Below the pieces are notes generated by a model. That model did no database searches. It had not been told where the DNA came from and worked only from the letters and a program-made list of their open reading frames with translations. From NCBI RefSeq assembly GCF_009914755.1, contig NC_060938.1: a stretch of 64,000 nucleotides of DNA. The stretch is one strand, 5' to 3'. Positions 1 to 18,969 of this stretch are shown here, one piece after another. The position numbers were made by a program, and so were the translations under genes. The DNA is from the human T2T-CHM13v2.0 reference genome, Homo sapiens. How positions within the stretch are numbered: the first letter of the stretch is position 1; every line of letters starts with the position of its first letter.

Positions 1-1260
1 GGAGCATTGGTATTTTTGGTCATTAAATATTCAGTAGAACTGCCCTGTGAAGCCATCAGGGCCTGGTGCTTTTTTTGTGCTACAGCTCCTTGTTTCCTTT
101 TTCTCTTTTATGGATATTTGTCTTTTTATCACTAATGGGACATTTTCATAAGCTGTATTTTCCTTAAAATCCATTTCATCTTGGTTTTCAAATTTATCTG
201 CATAAAGCTCTGCAATACAATCCCTTATGATTTCAGAATATTTCTTCTGTTTCAGTGGTTATTTCCTCTTGTCATTTCTTATTTTGTGTACTTGTACTTT
301 CTCCCTATTTTTTAAATGATGTTTTGATTTTATTTTTTAATAAGATTTTGATTTATTAAATTAAAATTACAATTTATTACATCAATTTATTATTTTTTCT
401 CTACCATATTAATTATTACTTTTATTTTTAGTATTTTCTTCTTTGTAAGTTCCTTTGGCTTACTTCAATATCCTCTTTCTAGTTTTTTGAGATAATTTAA
501 TTATTTTAATTCTTACTTTTTGATTGATGTAAGTATTTAAGACTGAATTTTTCTATTCACTGTTTGAAACATATTCCAAAAATTTTGGTAGTAGTATTTT
601 CATTATTATTTAAAAAGAAATTCTGTAATTTTGTTTTCTAAATTTTCTTTTCATCCAAGAGTTGTTTGCCAGATTTTAATTTTTTTAATTTCAGAAGAAT
701 ATTTTTTCTCTTTTGTTTATAATTTTTATGTTTATTGCATTGTGATCAGAGATTATTGTTTGTAACATTTCTACTTTTCAGGGAACTTTGTAATGTTTTC
801 ATTGTGACCAAATATGTGACCAGTTTTTGTAAATGTGTTTTGTGCACTTGAGAAGAAGATATATTCTCCATTATCAGGATATGAATTTTATATGTATTAA
901 TTAGATTCATCTTGTTGATTATTTGCTTAAATCTTTGTCCTTACTTTTTGTCCTCTTGATTTGTCTTACACTAAGAGTGTTGCGTTAAGGGTCTGCTATT
1001 TTTACTGTTTCTATATCCCCTTGAGTCTTTCATAATTTTATATATAAAGGTAATTTCTATGTAATTTCATACATTGATACACATAATAATTACAGATTTC
1101 TACCTCTGTTTTTGTATTTCCATTTGCCTGCTAGGCCTTTGCCCATTCCTTTATTTTCAACCTTTCTGGACCATTTTGTTTTGGATATGTCTTTATATAT
1201 AGTATTTGGATTTGCTTTATGGGGCAGATTGGACATCATTTTTCTTTTATTAATTGGATT
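1..1260 (-). mobile_element. Ancient L1 (L1M-type) ORF2 fragment, highly diverged
   Basis: T-rich antisense L1 ORF2-like text, e.g. ctgtgaagccatcagggcctggtgcttttt and attgcattgtgatcagaga; runs off the window start. Confidence 0.7.
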
Positions 1261-1266
1261 AAGTAT

Positions 1267-1649
1267 TGTATTAGTCCATTTTCATACTGCTATAAAGAAC
1301 TGCCAAAGACTGAGTAATTTATAAAGGAAAGAGGTTTCATTGACTCACAGTTCAGCATGGCTGAGGAAATCTCAGGAAACTTATAATCACCGTGGAAGGT
1401 GAAGGGTAAACAATACACCTTCTTCACAAGGCGGCAGGAAAGAGAAGTACCCAGAGAAGCGGCAAAAGCCCCTTATAAAACCATCAGATCTCATGAGAAC
1501 TCCCTATGATGAGAACCGTGTAGGGGAAACTGCCCTCATGATCCAATTCCCACCACCTGATCTTTCCCTTGACCTCTGGGGATTATGGGGTTTATGGGAA
1601 TTATAAATCAAGTTGACACTTTGGGCGGGGACACAGCCAAACCATATCA
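1267..1649 (-). mobile_element. THE1-family MaLR solo LTR
   Basis: Termini tgtattagtcc...ccaaaccatatca; perfect 5-bp TSD AGTAT at 1262-1266 and 1650-1654. Confidence 0.92.
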
Positions 1650-1669
1650 AGTATTCACTTTTTTCTTTG

Positions 1670-3720
<2,051 letters not shown>

Positions 3721-3779
3721 GGTTACGCTTCCTACATTTGAAGAATTCTTTACATTTTCAGACTTGATAAGATTTAGAT

Positions 3780-4222
3780 TCTATTTTCTCACTACTCTTG
3801 ACAGCTAGGACACAGGGTGCAATTTTATGTGTACTGAACTTTGAATTGGAAATTAGGGGCACAAAGAAGGAGGCACTGTGAGTTACACATTCTGGCAAAA
3901 GTGGTGGCAGTTAAATGCAATCTACAGAGGTAGCAATAATAGGCATTCAAGCAGCATTTTCCAGGGTAAGATGGTTATGCTAGTTGTGCCCAGTGGAGGC
4001 AGTGGCCATGAGATCTCCAGCCGACAAATTCTAAGGTGTGACTGGGGACATTATTATTGGCTTTACAGCCTCTAAATCTGATCTTCTGGCCCATTTTGAG
4101 ATTCTGAGAACTCAAAATATTTAATATAGATATTATAGTAACATAGATAATATCTATAGTAAGTTCTTTTTCAGCTCAAACTAGTGATTTCCATTGTTTT
4201 CAAATTAAGAAGCCTGACCACT
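3780..4222 (+). mobile_element. Probable old ERVL LTR (LTR33/LTR16-like)
   Basis: 3' end aagttctttttcagctcaaactagtgatttccattgttttcaaattaagaagcctgacca resembles ERVL LTR ends. Confidence 0.4.
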
Positions 4223-4486
4223 TTTCCGAAATAGGCTCCTTCCCTTTACTCTCTTTTCAAGAACTAATATGTTTTGAAACTTGCTGCATGTTGGTCATAG
4301 TGCTAAGCATTTTTTAAGTACCATTTCAGTAAGTTCCTGAAAGATAAGTACAGATTACTTTCTTAACTACTTACTGTGTGACCTTTCTAGGATCGATACA
4401 TGATAAAAACTTGTGCTCATGGTGTATTATCTATTAGCTTTCATTCCATAGATATTGATGACATAGTAAAAAATTGGATAGGGATT

Positions 4487-4863
4487 TGTCTTAGTCTGCT
4501 TTGCCTTAGCCTCGTTTAAATACCATAGACTGGATGTTTAAACAACAGAGATTTATTTTCTCACATTTCTGGAGGCTGGAAATCTAAGATCAGAGTACTA
4601 GAATGGTGAGGACTCCTCCTGGCTTGCAGACAGCTGCCTTCTCATTGTGTCCTCACATGGCAGAGAGAACAAGCAGGCTCTCTGATGTCTCTTCTTACAC
4701 AGGCACTAATTCCATTGAACCACGGTCCCACCTCAATGACCTAATTAACTCCTGAAGGGGGGCCCCATCTCCAAATACAATCACATTGAGGGTTAGGGCT
4801 TCAATATGTGAACTTTTTTGGCAGGGGTAAGGGGGGCGGGACACAAAAATTCAGTTTATAACA
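4487..4863 (-). mobile_element. MLT1A/B-type MaLR solo LTR
   Basis: tgtcttagtc...aaataccatagactgg...tctcacatttctggaggctgg...attcagtttataaca; GATT on both flanks. Confidence 0.88.
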
Positions 4864-5719
4864 GATTTTGGATATATGACATCTTGTGTTTTTTCCCTTT
4901 GGGTAGAGGAAGGAGAAAGTTCACCTTCACCTATGAACTGAGATGGAAAATGAAATCTAATGGAAGGGGTCTTTGTTTGGGGAGGTAGTTTGGAAAAATG
5001 TGAGAAAAATAATACTGTTACATCGACTAAACAGCCAAAAAAAGCTTGCAAATTAGTGGAACTACAGAACAACAAATTATCTCAATCTTCTTTCCATTAC
5101 TCAAATTATGAAAGTCAACTTTGTTACAAAAGGATTACCTTCAGAAATAATGCTATTATCTTTCCTACCGCTCCTTGTGGGTTTCATTTATTTTTGGTTT
5201 GCTCACCAGATACTCCTTTAGAAGGCTCTGCACATACATTAATCAAGGGTTTTGAAACTTCCTCAGGGAGAGTAAGAGGAAATGGGGGAAGTATTAAAAC
5301 ATCCATCCCTGTGCAATTTCTGCTGTTCATCCTACCTGCCTTTCCTGTGGGTTTTAGCCCTCTCTTCTACTTGAAGACGGGGAATAGATAATATCCTCTG
5401 ACCTATTATTTGAAATCATTATTTAGTATGATTCCCACTCCTGGCTTCAATTTAGGGAACTAGAGAAGGGCAGTGAGCAGAAATTGGGATTTGTTATCAC
5501 CCATGGTTCTGCATTAATGAGGCAGGATTCTGGAGCTCTGAACTACCACTGGCTCAGGAGGGGAAAACAGCAGTGTCTCCTCACTGAGAACATTCTGGCA
5601 GCAGCTCTGCCAACTCACAGTGTTGCTCTTCCAGCCACCCCATGATGGTGGATCACAGTGAAAGCTGGCAGAGAAAAAGGCATTTCAGATTTGAGTTGGA
5701 AAAAAGTTTAAGCATTCAC

Positions 5720-5935
5720 TATTGTGTAGTGGTTAAAAGAATGGGTTTTTCATTAAACCTCACTTCAAATCCTGACTAAGCTCCTTACTAATTATAAACA
5801 ATTCTTTCACTACCCTAAGCCCCAGGCTTTCCTCAATAAATGCAAGATAATTCCTCCCTTGTTAGGGGTATTGTGAAAATTTGATCTGATAATGTATCAT
5901 GGGGTACCTGGCATGAAGTAGGCACTCAAACCACA
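5720..5935 (+). mobile_element. MIR
   Basis: tagtggttaaaaga...ttcaaatcctgact...ttgtgaaaatttga...cctggcatgaagtaggcactcaa. Confidence 0.75.
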
Positions 5936-6502
5936 TTCTTTGAAGGATGAATGAATGGACATGTGTCAAGTGCTTAGTATACTAATTTGTACTTATTTAT
6001 GTTCAGTATATGGAAGCATTTGCAGGCTATCACTGAGGAAGAATCCTACATCCTAGCTCTAGCTCATCTTCCTTGTACATATCCTCAAATGAAAGAAAAA
6101 TTCATGCATCTGATTTGCCAGATTCCATCATGCCTACCGAACCCCCTAATTGTTACAAGAGAGAGAACCTTGAGCATGCTTACATCTCCTTCCTTTATTT
6201 CATGTTGCCAGGGTGGTAGGGGCCACTTTCTCCATGCCCCTCCACTGTGTATCAAAAGGAGAAAGAATAGGTTTATTTTTGAAGCAAGTCAAATGTGTTC
6301 CTTTTATGCTCCTAGAACATGATAAGATTTGAATGTTGGCTGGGGGTGGGAAGGAGGGCCTCAGGCTCCTAGTTGAGGGCTCATGTCCAACCTAGCTTTC
6401 CTTAGACCCTTAGGTTATTAGGTACTGGATATGCCCAGAATATCTGGAGGTTCCTTTCTCTTGCCATCAGTTGAATTGCAACAATTATACTTACCTAAAT
6501 AT

Positions 6503-6580
6503 ATTAGCTTGAGCCACACAAAACTGTCAATCATTAAACATTTTTATCTACAAAACAGTGATTTCATAAAGCTTAATAAA
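6503..6580. mobile_element. Possible MADE2-like mariner MITE
   Basis: ~80-bp degenerate inverted-repeat element attagcttgagccacacaaaactg...cagtgatttcataaagcttaat. Confidence 0.4.
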
Positions 6581-6723
6581 ATTAAAGAGGAATAAACCAC
6601 TTCAGACCAACTCCTAAAGCATGATACAAATATTTACTAAACAGGTTTCTTCAGAAGACATGAGAGGCTGATTTTCACACAGAAGTATTCCCTATTAAAC
6701 CCTTTTAAACCTTCCCAAAGTCC

Positions 6724-7006
6724 TGTCTTTGTCAGACTGGCTGCTATAATAAAACACCATAGACCGGGTGGCCTAAACAATAGACATTTATTCCTCACAG
6801 TTCTAGAAGCTGAGAAGTACAAGAGCAAAGAGCTGGCAGATTTGGTGTTTGGTGAGGGCACTCATCCCATTAGGAGGGCCCCACACTCAAGATCTCATCT
6901 AACAATATTATTTCCCAACGGCCCTACCTCCAATACCTTCACTTTGGGGATTAGGGCTTCAATATGTGAATTAGATTGTGGGGATAAAATCACTCAGTCC
7001 ACAGCA
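6724..7006 (-). mobile_element. MLT1A-type MaLR solo LTR, internally deleted
   Basis: tgtctttgtc...caccatagaccgggtggcctaaacaa...cagtccacagca; near-TSD AGTCC/AGTTC. Confidence 0.85.
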
Positions 7007-7633
7007 AGTTCCATTGTTCCTCTTCCTTTGGCTGTCACTACTATCCCTTTTCTAGCCCACGCTTCAATTTTCCAACCCACTCCTCCCTCTCTCTCTGGTA
7101 TTAGGTTGTCTTTTCTTAAGTAGAACAATATGGTTTTCTTAGCTTCCTCATTTTTCCTCTCCATTTATCACCCCACTCAACACAATAAAAGTCTGGAAGC
7201 TACAAAAACAGTAAAATCTCCATCCCCTTTATAGAGGAGGGGAGTAGAATTGCAAATACTTATAATTTAATGTATTTCCCTAACACAGAAGAAAGTTCTC
7301 AGAATTATAAGTGACATTCTATTTGCAGTAAACACTTAGCTGGAGGGGTTACAATAAACCTTTACATTTTCAAGGTGTGACAGGGATTTCAATCTCTTAC
7401 CAAGTCATCATTTTCTCCATTGTAGCATTAGACAGTTTGTGTCATGAAACTTGTCATCAGCGAAATGAGAGCATGGCAGTGGGGTCCCTGTAAAATGATA
7501 AACTCATTTCTTTTTTGTGTTTAATAAGTCCGAAAAAGAATCCAACAATTTTAGGACCACAGAATATATTTGCATATGTGTACACACAAAAACATGCCCA
7601 CCTATATGTGTATATGTATACACATAAGCTCAC

Positions 7634-8027
7634 TGTTATGGACTAAATTTTGTCCCCCTAAAATTCATATGTTGAAGCCCTAACTCCTTTTGTTACTGTA
7701 TTTGGAGACAGGGTCCATAATAAGATAGTAACGATTAAATAAAGTTATAAGAATGGGGCTTTAATCCTGAAGGACTGGTATTCTCACAAGCAGAGGAAGA
7801 AATACCAGACCTCTCTCTCTCCTCCCCTCTCTAGGTATACACAGAGGAAAGGCCACGTGAGGACACAGTGAGAAGGTGACCATCTCTAAGCCAGAAAGAG
7901 AAGTCTCACTATAAACCAAGCTTGTTGGCAACTTGGTTTTGGATTTCTAGCCTCCAGACTGTGAGAAAATAAATTTGTTGTTCAAGGCACAAAAGTTTTG
8001 TTATGGCAGCTCTAGCAGACAAGTACA
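7634..8027 (+). mobile_element. MLT1B-like MaLR solo LTR
   Basis: tgttatggactaaattttgtcccc...gacaagtaca; perfect TSD CTCAC at 7629-7633 and 8028-8032. Confidence 0.9.
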
Positions 8028-8186
8028 CTCACGATCCCAAAACCTCAATGGCGACAACACATATTCTAGATTTGCAACATATGACGGTAGGAAAGACTGA
8101 GAATCTATCAATGAAAGCTTCCAGCAGTATAAGGAAGTCATTACATGTGCTCCATTTTAGGAGCATGTGGTTAAAACATAGCTTCT

Positions 8187-8522
<336 letters not shown>

Positions 8523-9123
8523 TCATCTTTTACAGGTATACAATACTGGTACTCATACTGCCTGACTGGGGTAGGGAGTATGTGTGTATGTGAGAAGGGT
8601 GCTGTAACATTTCAGGTGGTACTTTTAGGGTGAACAGTGTAGCAGTCTGGAAGGTTGTTTTGGACTTTAAAACTATTCTTATACCTGCCTAGCCCCACCC
8701 ACTGGTTAGACTTTGAGTACCCATGACTCCTGCTCTATTTGATAGAATCCTTGCTTGTAGGTGACTTTGGCTTTGGTCAAGGAATCTGGATCTCCTACAG
8801 CTCTTAAAGATTTTCCTTTAGGACCTGGTAACTCTGTTAGTCTTTGTCCTTTTCTGCTGGCCTGGCTGGCATGTCCTTTTCTGCATGTTTGCATGCTATT
8901 CTCCAGGAAAGCCCTGAATTCCACTTTGCCTTGTCCCTGTGGCTGGTGTGTACATATAGTCCAAATGCTGTCTGGGGGCAAAGCTCAGAGTTCAGGGAAT
9001 TCTCAGAAGTCCCAAAAAAGTAACAGGATCTCAGGGTCAGAAATTTTCAAGAGAGCCTTCATCCATCTTCTCTGTGGCCTGAGGCAAGGGAAGGGGAGTC
9101 TGTTAATTTACACTGAGGGAGAT

Positions 9124-9383
9124 TGTTATGAACAGAATGTTTGTCATTCTCTCAAAATCTGTATGATGAAGCTCTAACCTAAATGTGATGGTGTTAGGAG
9201 GTGGTGCCTTTGGAAGGTAATTACGTCATGAATGTGGCGCCCTCGTGGATGGGATTAGTGCCCTTTTAAGAAGAGACACTAAGAAACTTGCTCACTGTCT
9301 GCTCTCTGCCATGTGAAAAATAAATGATGTTTAAGCCACCCAGTCTACGGTATTCTGCTGTAGGAGCCTAAGCTGACTAAGGA
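9124..9383 (+). mobile_element. MLT1A-type MaLR LTR, internally deleted
   Basis: tgttatgaacagaatgtttgtc...gggattagtgccctt...taagccacccagtctacggtattc...gactaagga. Confidence 0.85.
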
Positions 9384-9635
9384 AGGGCTCAAATAAACAG
9401 GTAGGAGTTCCTGGGACATCAGCTTGAAGTATAGGAATTGGCCTATCCTCTTTAATAGTGACTCACTATCCATTTGGTCTTCCAAGGTATATTTTTATTT
9501 CAAGTATTAGACACAACCATCCCTTTCTACCCGCTTCTCTTTCCACTCACTTCTTGGTAGAGCTGGCATTTAACATTGAGAGAAATGGGGACTTGGAAAA
9601 GGCATAACCTTTTGGTGACTTTTTGGGTTGGTTTT

Positions 9636-14385
<4,750 letters not shown>

Positions 14386-14445
14386 ATATAACCATCCCAT
14401 ATTGAACATGCTGACCCTTGTTTTCAACTTATCTTCTATAAATTC

Positions 14446-14605
14446 TAGTTCTCAATGTGTAGTCCATGGACCATTGCATTGAAATCACCTGAGAGCTGTT
14501 TAGACCTGCAGAAAGTGAGGCCCCACTCTGGACCTACAAACAGAATCTAAATTTTAACTAGATTCCCTGGTGATGGGTATGTCCATTAGCATTTGAGAAA
14601 CTGTT
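14446..14605. mobile_element. MER5A hAT-Charlie MITE
   Basis: ttctcaatgtgtagtccatggacc...aatcacctgagagctgtt...tttgagaaactg. Confidence 0.75.
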
Positions 14606-14789
14606 GTCTCTTTCATCACTGTATTGGCAGCAATTGCACCCCTATCTTAAGATTATGAAAATGTGCCAGTTCTGGAGAATATGCTCTGGGTGAGGGGTTG
14701 GTTGTCTCCTGCTGCCCTGGCTACATCACTGTTTGCATGAATGCGGTTTGCACATTCATAGCAGAGGTTTGTGCTGCTTCCTCCATGGC

Positions 14790-15158
14790 ATGGTGTTGTG
14801 GCAGGGAGTCATGCACCCAGCCAGGGAAAATATTTTCTGGTCTCCTTTGTATCTAAATGTGACTCATTAACTAGTTCTCATCAATGAACTATGGGTGGAA
14901 GTGTTGTGTTTTATTTTCGAGCCAGGAATTTTGAGATGAGAAAAGGAATTCTCTACTCGTTTTCCCCCATCAATCAAAATGCAGCAAACTCTGAGGCCAT
15001 AATGGATGGAGCAGACTCAAGATGAAAGCAAGTTAGCTCCCCGAATCACTGTGTGAATCATACTGAGCTATTATGTGAGTGGTAAGTCATTGTTTATTAT
15101 GTAAAGTCACTGAAAATTTCAGGTTTATCTGTTAAAGTGGATAACATTATCCTAACTC
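14790..15158 (+). mobile_element. Old MLT1 (H/I/J-type) LTR
   Basis: aactagttctcatcaatgaactatgggtggaagtg...gaatcactgtgtg...aagtcactgaaaatttcaggtttatctgtta. Confidence 0.65.
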
Positions 15159-15159
15159 A

Positions 15160-15470
15160 AAGATTTTCAGACTTCAGGAGACATCAGAATTACCCGGAGA
15201 GCTTGATAAAGCACTCATTGTTTGATTCCACTTTCAGAATTTTGGATTCTGCAGATCTGGGGTGAGGCCTGAAAATGTGCATTTCTTTTTATTATTATTA
15301 TTATTATACTTTAAGTTCTAGGGTACATGTGCACAACGTGCAGGTTTGTTACATATGTATACATGTGCCATGTTGGCGTGCTGCACCCATTAACTCATCA
15401 TTTACATTTCTAACATGCTTCTTTGTGATGCTGTTGTTGCTGGTTTGGGGATGTCACTGTGAAAACCACA
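15160..15470. mobile_element. MER5A split by an L1 stub
   Basis: catcagaattacccggagagcttg...ggggtgaggcctgaaaatgtgcatttct | aacatgc...gtgatgctg...gaaaaccac. Confidence 0.75.
15287..15404 (-). mobile_element. ~120-bp severely truncated L1PA (PA5-7-like) 3' end
   Basis: (TTA)n tail plus tatactttaagttctagggtacatgtgcac...; TSD CATTTCT at 15280-15286 and 15405-15411. Confidence 0.93.
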
Positions 15471-16664
15471 TCCCTAACTAAGAAAACATCTGTGAGAGAG
15501 TGGGAAAGCTCATGACCTCTAAGGATATGTCATTGACTCGAAAGCATGAAATGAAAATAAAGCCAACTTAGCCCTAACAGGGACCATTGGGTGCTACTGT
15601 ATTGGCTGCGTCTCCCTGATGCTGCCATGTTCACTATAAAAATGGATTCAGAAAAGAAAATTGACATTCATTAAGCTTAACTTTGGAGGGATGATTTAAC
15701 TGATATTGGCATCTCTGCTTTTTTAATCACTCCACCTTTTATTCTGTTCTTCCAGTTCCCTAGAAGAGAAAGCAGTTCATTTATGACCCTCAAAAAAGCT
15801 GTTAGCCTAGGGTGGCCCTGTTTGCATCAGAGGGAATACAGCTGAGTCACGGAGACAAGAAGCCAGAGGATCCTCTGCCTCTCACAGGAGGTGAGGGACA
15901 GGCAGGGTCTTTTCCTACCCTGAACTTTAACAAATTATCCAGAAGTTTCACTGTCATTTAATGTTATGGAATAAGTTTAAAGGATTTTTGCTGTCTCCAC
16001 TGGAGTATTCTGGGCTAGGCTGAAATGAATTAACTTCATCACTTAGAAAAACTAGCTTTAGTTTTGGAAGGAGTTAGTGTAGGTTTTTCCAGATTGGACT
16101 TAGTCCTTTTAAGGTGCCTCATATAAATTAAGCCTTGGAATTCTTCAGAGAAATTTGTAATTTTTTAGCGCCTGTCTTCCAAAGTGCTATTATTAAATTA
16201 TCATTCTGGATTGCTTCACTGACAGCTCCACTTCTTAAAATAGAGATCAGCTGTATTCCTGGACACTGGCATCAAATAGCTGACTTAGAAATGCTGGTTT
16301 CCAAATGGTCGCTTGTTTCTAACTACTATTTTTCTACTTTGAGTTCTCTTGATTTGTTTTAGAGGACATGACACATGTTTCTTCTCTAAATATCTTTGTG
16401 CTCAGTACCTATACATAATGAGTACCATTTTCATTTGCTTCTCTGTTGCTAATTGGTGCTTGAGCCTCCTTTTCCTACATGGGGTGTTTTTGCAGCTTTA
16501 AATCCTACTTCTAATCACCGTGATGTCAGGGCAGGTTCGGAATGGGCTTGTGTTGACATTGGCAATGCCCTCAGAAGAACTCAGATATAACCTAGCTGTG
16601 TTCCATCTTGAGAAATGCTAAAGAGGGTGGACCTCCTTCTTTCCCTTCTTCCCTTTCCCCCTCC

Positions 16665-17135
16665 AATACTCATTTACCACTTACTCTATGCCAGGCTCTG
16701 GTGATTCATCAGTGAACAGCATGGACACAATTATGGACCTTATATTCTAGTGGAGGACAGAGACAATGACACATTAAACAGAGAGACGGAGTTCAAATAC
16801 AACTAAGTGTTCTGAAGAAGATAGAGTACAGTGCTAGAGACATATTGGAGTGGGTTGCTCCAGGTGATGAAAGAGATCAGGGAAGTCTGACTTGAAGAGG
16901 TGGCATCCGAGCTGACCACTGGATAGATAAGTGAGCTTTGTGAAGATCTGAGGAAAGAGTTTTGCAGGCAGATGGAAGAGCAAGTGTGAAGGCTGTAAGC
17001 TTGGAACCATCTTGGCACACTTGGGGAACATGAAGGAGGCCATGTGGCTGGAGTCTAGTCAACAAGTAGGGGAAAGGGAATTGTCTGATGAGATCAGCTC
17101 TGGCAGAAGCCATAGCACATGGACCTTATACACTG
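16665..17135 (-). mobile_element. L2 fragment
   Basis: ttactctatgccaggctctgg...ttatattctagtggagg...aggaaagagttttgcaggcagatggaagagcaagtgtgaagg. Confidence 0.8.
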
Positions 17136-17404
17136 GCAAATTCCTTTAAATAATAATTTCAGTCAAAATCTCTTGGCAGCTGAAAGGACTGAATTTATTC
17201 TCATTATTTTTGCTAATGCAACCTGCTTAACTGGCTGTTTAATTTCCTAAATGGTGCTCTGTCTTTATTAGTGGGTGATTTGAGAGAAAAGCCTACTTTA
17301 ACGTTTGGTACCAGCATTCTGGGTGCTTCTTCTTTCCTCTCTTTCTGTCTTGGGAACAAAGGGGCAAAGATAACTTAGTTATCTTTGGAGGTTAAGAGCC
17401 CATT

Positions 17405-17966
17405 ACCATGCTGTTTTGGTTACTATAGCCTTGTAACAGAATTTGAAGTCAGATAATATGTTGCCTCCAGCTTTGTCCTTTTTGGTTACGATCGCTTTGT
17501 GAGTGAGCTACAGGTTCTTTTTTGTTTCATACAAATTTTAAATTTTTTTCTAATTTTGTGAGAAACGGAAAAATGATCTTGGTATTTTGATAGGAATTGC
17601 ATTGAATCCATAAATTGCTTTGTGTAGTATGGTATCATTTTAGCAATATTGATTCTTCTAATCTATGAGCTTGGGTTGTTTTTCCATTTTTTGTGTCATC
17701 TGCAACTTCTTTCATCAGTGCTTTATAGTTTTCCTTGTAGAGAGCTTTCACCTCCTTGGTTAAGTGTATGCCTGAGTATGTTATTTTATTTTGTAGTTAT
17801 TGTAAATGTGATTAACTTATTGATTTGGTTCTCAGCTTGATTGCTATGGGTGTATAGCACTGATACTGATTTTTGTATGTTGATTTTGTATCCTGCAACT
17901 TCAGTGAATTCATTTATCAAATTGAGGAGTCTTTAGGATTGTCTAGGTAGAAGATCATATCATCAG
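17405..17966 (-). mobile_element. L1 ORF2 fragment (L1M/L1PB age)
   Basis: taccatgctgttttggttactatagccttg...ttgattttgtatcctgcaact...gatcatatcatcag. Confidence 0.88.
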
Positions 17967-18674
17967 AGATAATACATAGTTTAAAAAGCCAAAGTGCTAT
18001 AAAGTGTATAACACCAAAAACAACAGCAACGACAAAGTGTCTTGCCCCATCCCACCATACTTAATTCCACTCCTTAGAGGCAACTACTTTCTACTTTTTA
18101 AGTTGTTTGTTCAGGCTTTTATTTCTGTATATCTAAATATTGTTCAGTATTTTTAGATGTTTTATCCATTATTGACTTTCTTTGGTCAGGTCTGCTTTTC
18201 TGCCTTGATTTTTTTACTCCACACTTCCCTTTTAACCAATTTGGATATATTTAAACATAGCTATATTAATATTATTACCATACACAGATAATCCCCTGCT
18301 CAAATGGTGTGCTATGACTACTCCTACTTTTCAAACAATTTTCCCATTGCCTGAAGCTGTGTTATCTCTCTTCCTCCTGTGTGCGTCTCTCTTTCCTTGA
18401 TGTGCTTAGTTTTGTATGTATACAACTATCATTAATTTTTCACAAGCTATGGAATTATGTTTTCTAAAAGATCAAATAAACCAGCTAACTCATCAGGTTG
18501 TTTTTCTTGGGGCCATACTTGAGGAACTCTCAGTCCTTCTCTTTAACCCCGGCCTGGTTGTTCTCTTGGCCTGCTACACAAGTGTTCTTTAGGACCTCCA
18601 CCTATTTCTCTCTGTTTTCTAATAAGGTTAAGCATATCCTAGTGTAACTTCTTGAAAACCTAAACATGGGATAA

Positions 18675-18966
<292 letters not shown>

Positions 18967-18969
18967 AAT

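Noticed and set aside
4960-5391. 143-aa ORF (likewise 8761-9177, 22831-23229, 5987-6322)
   Set aside because: No recognisable domain or coding-like composition; lengths are compatible with chance and some run into repeats
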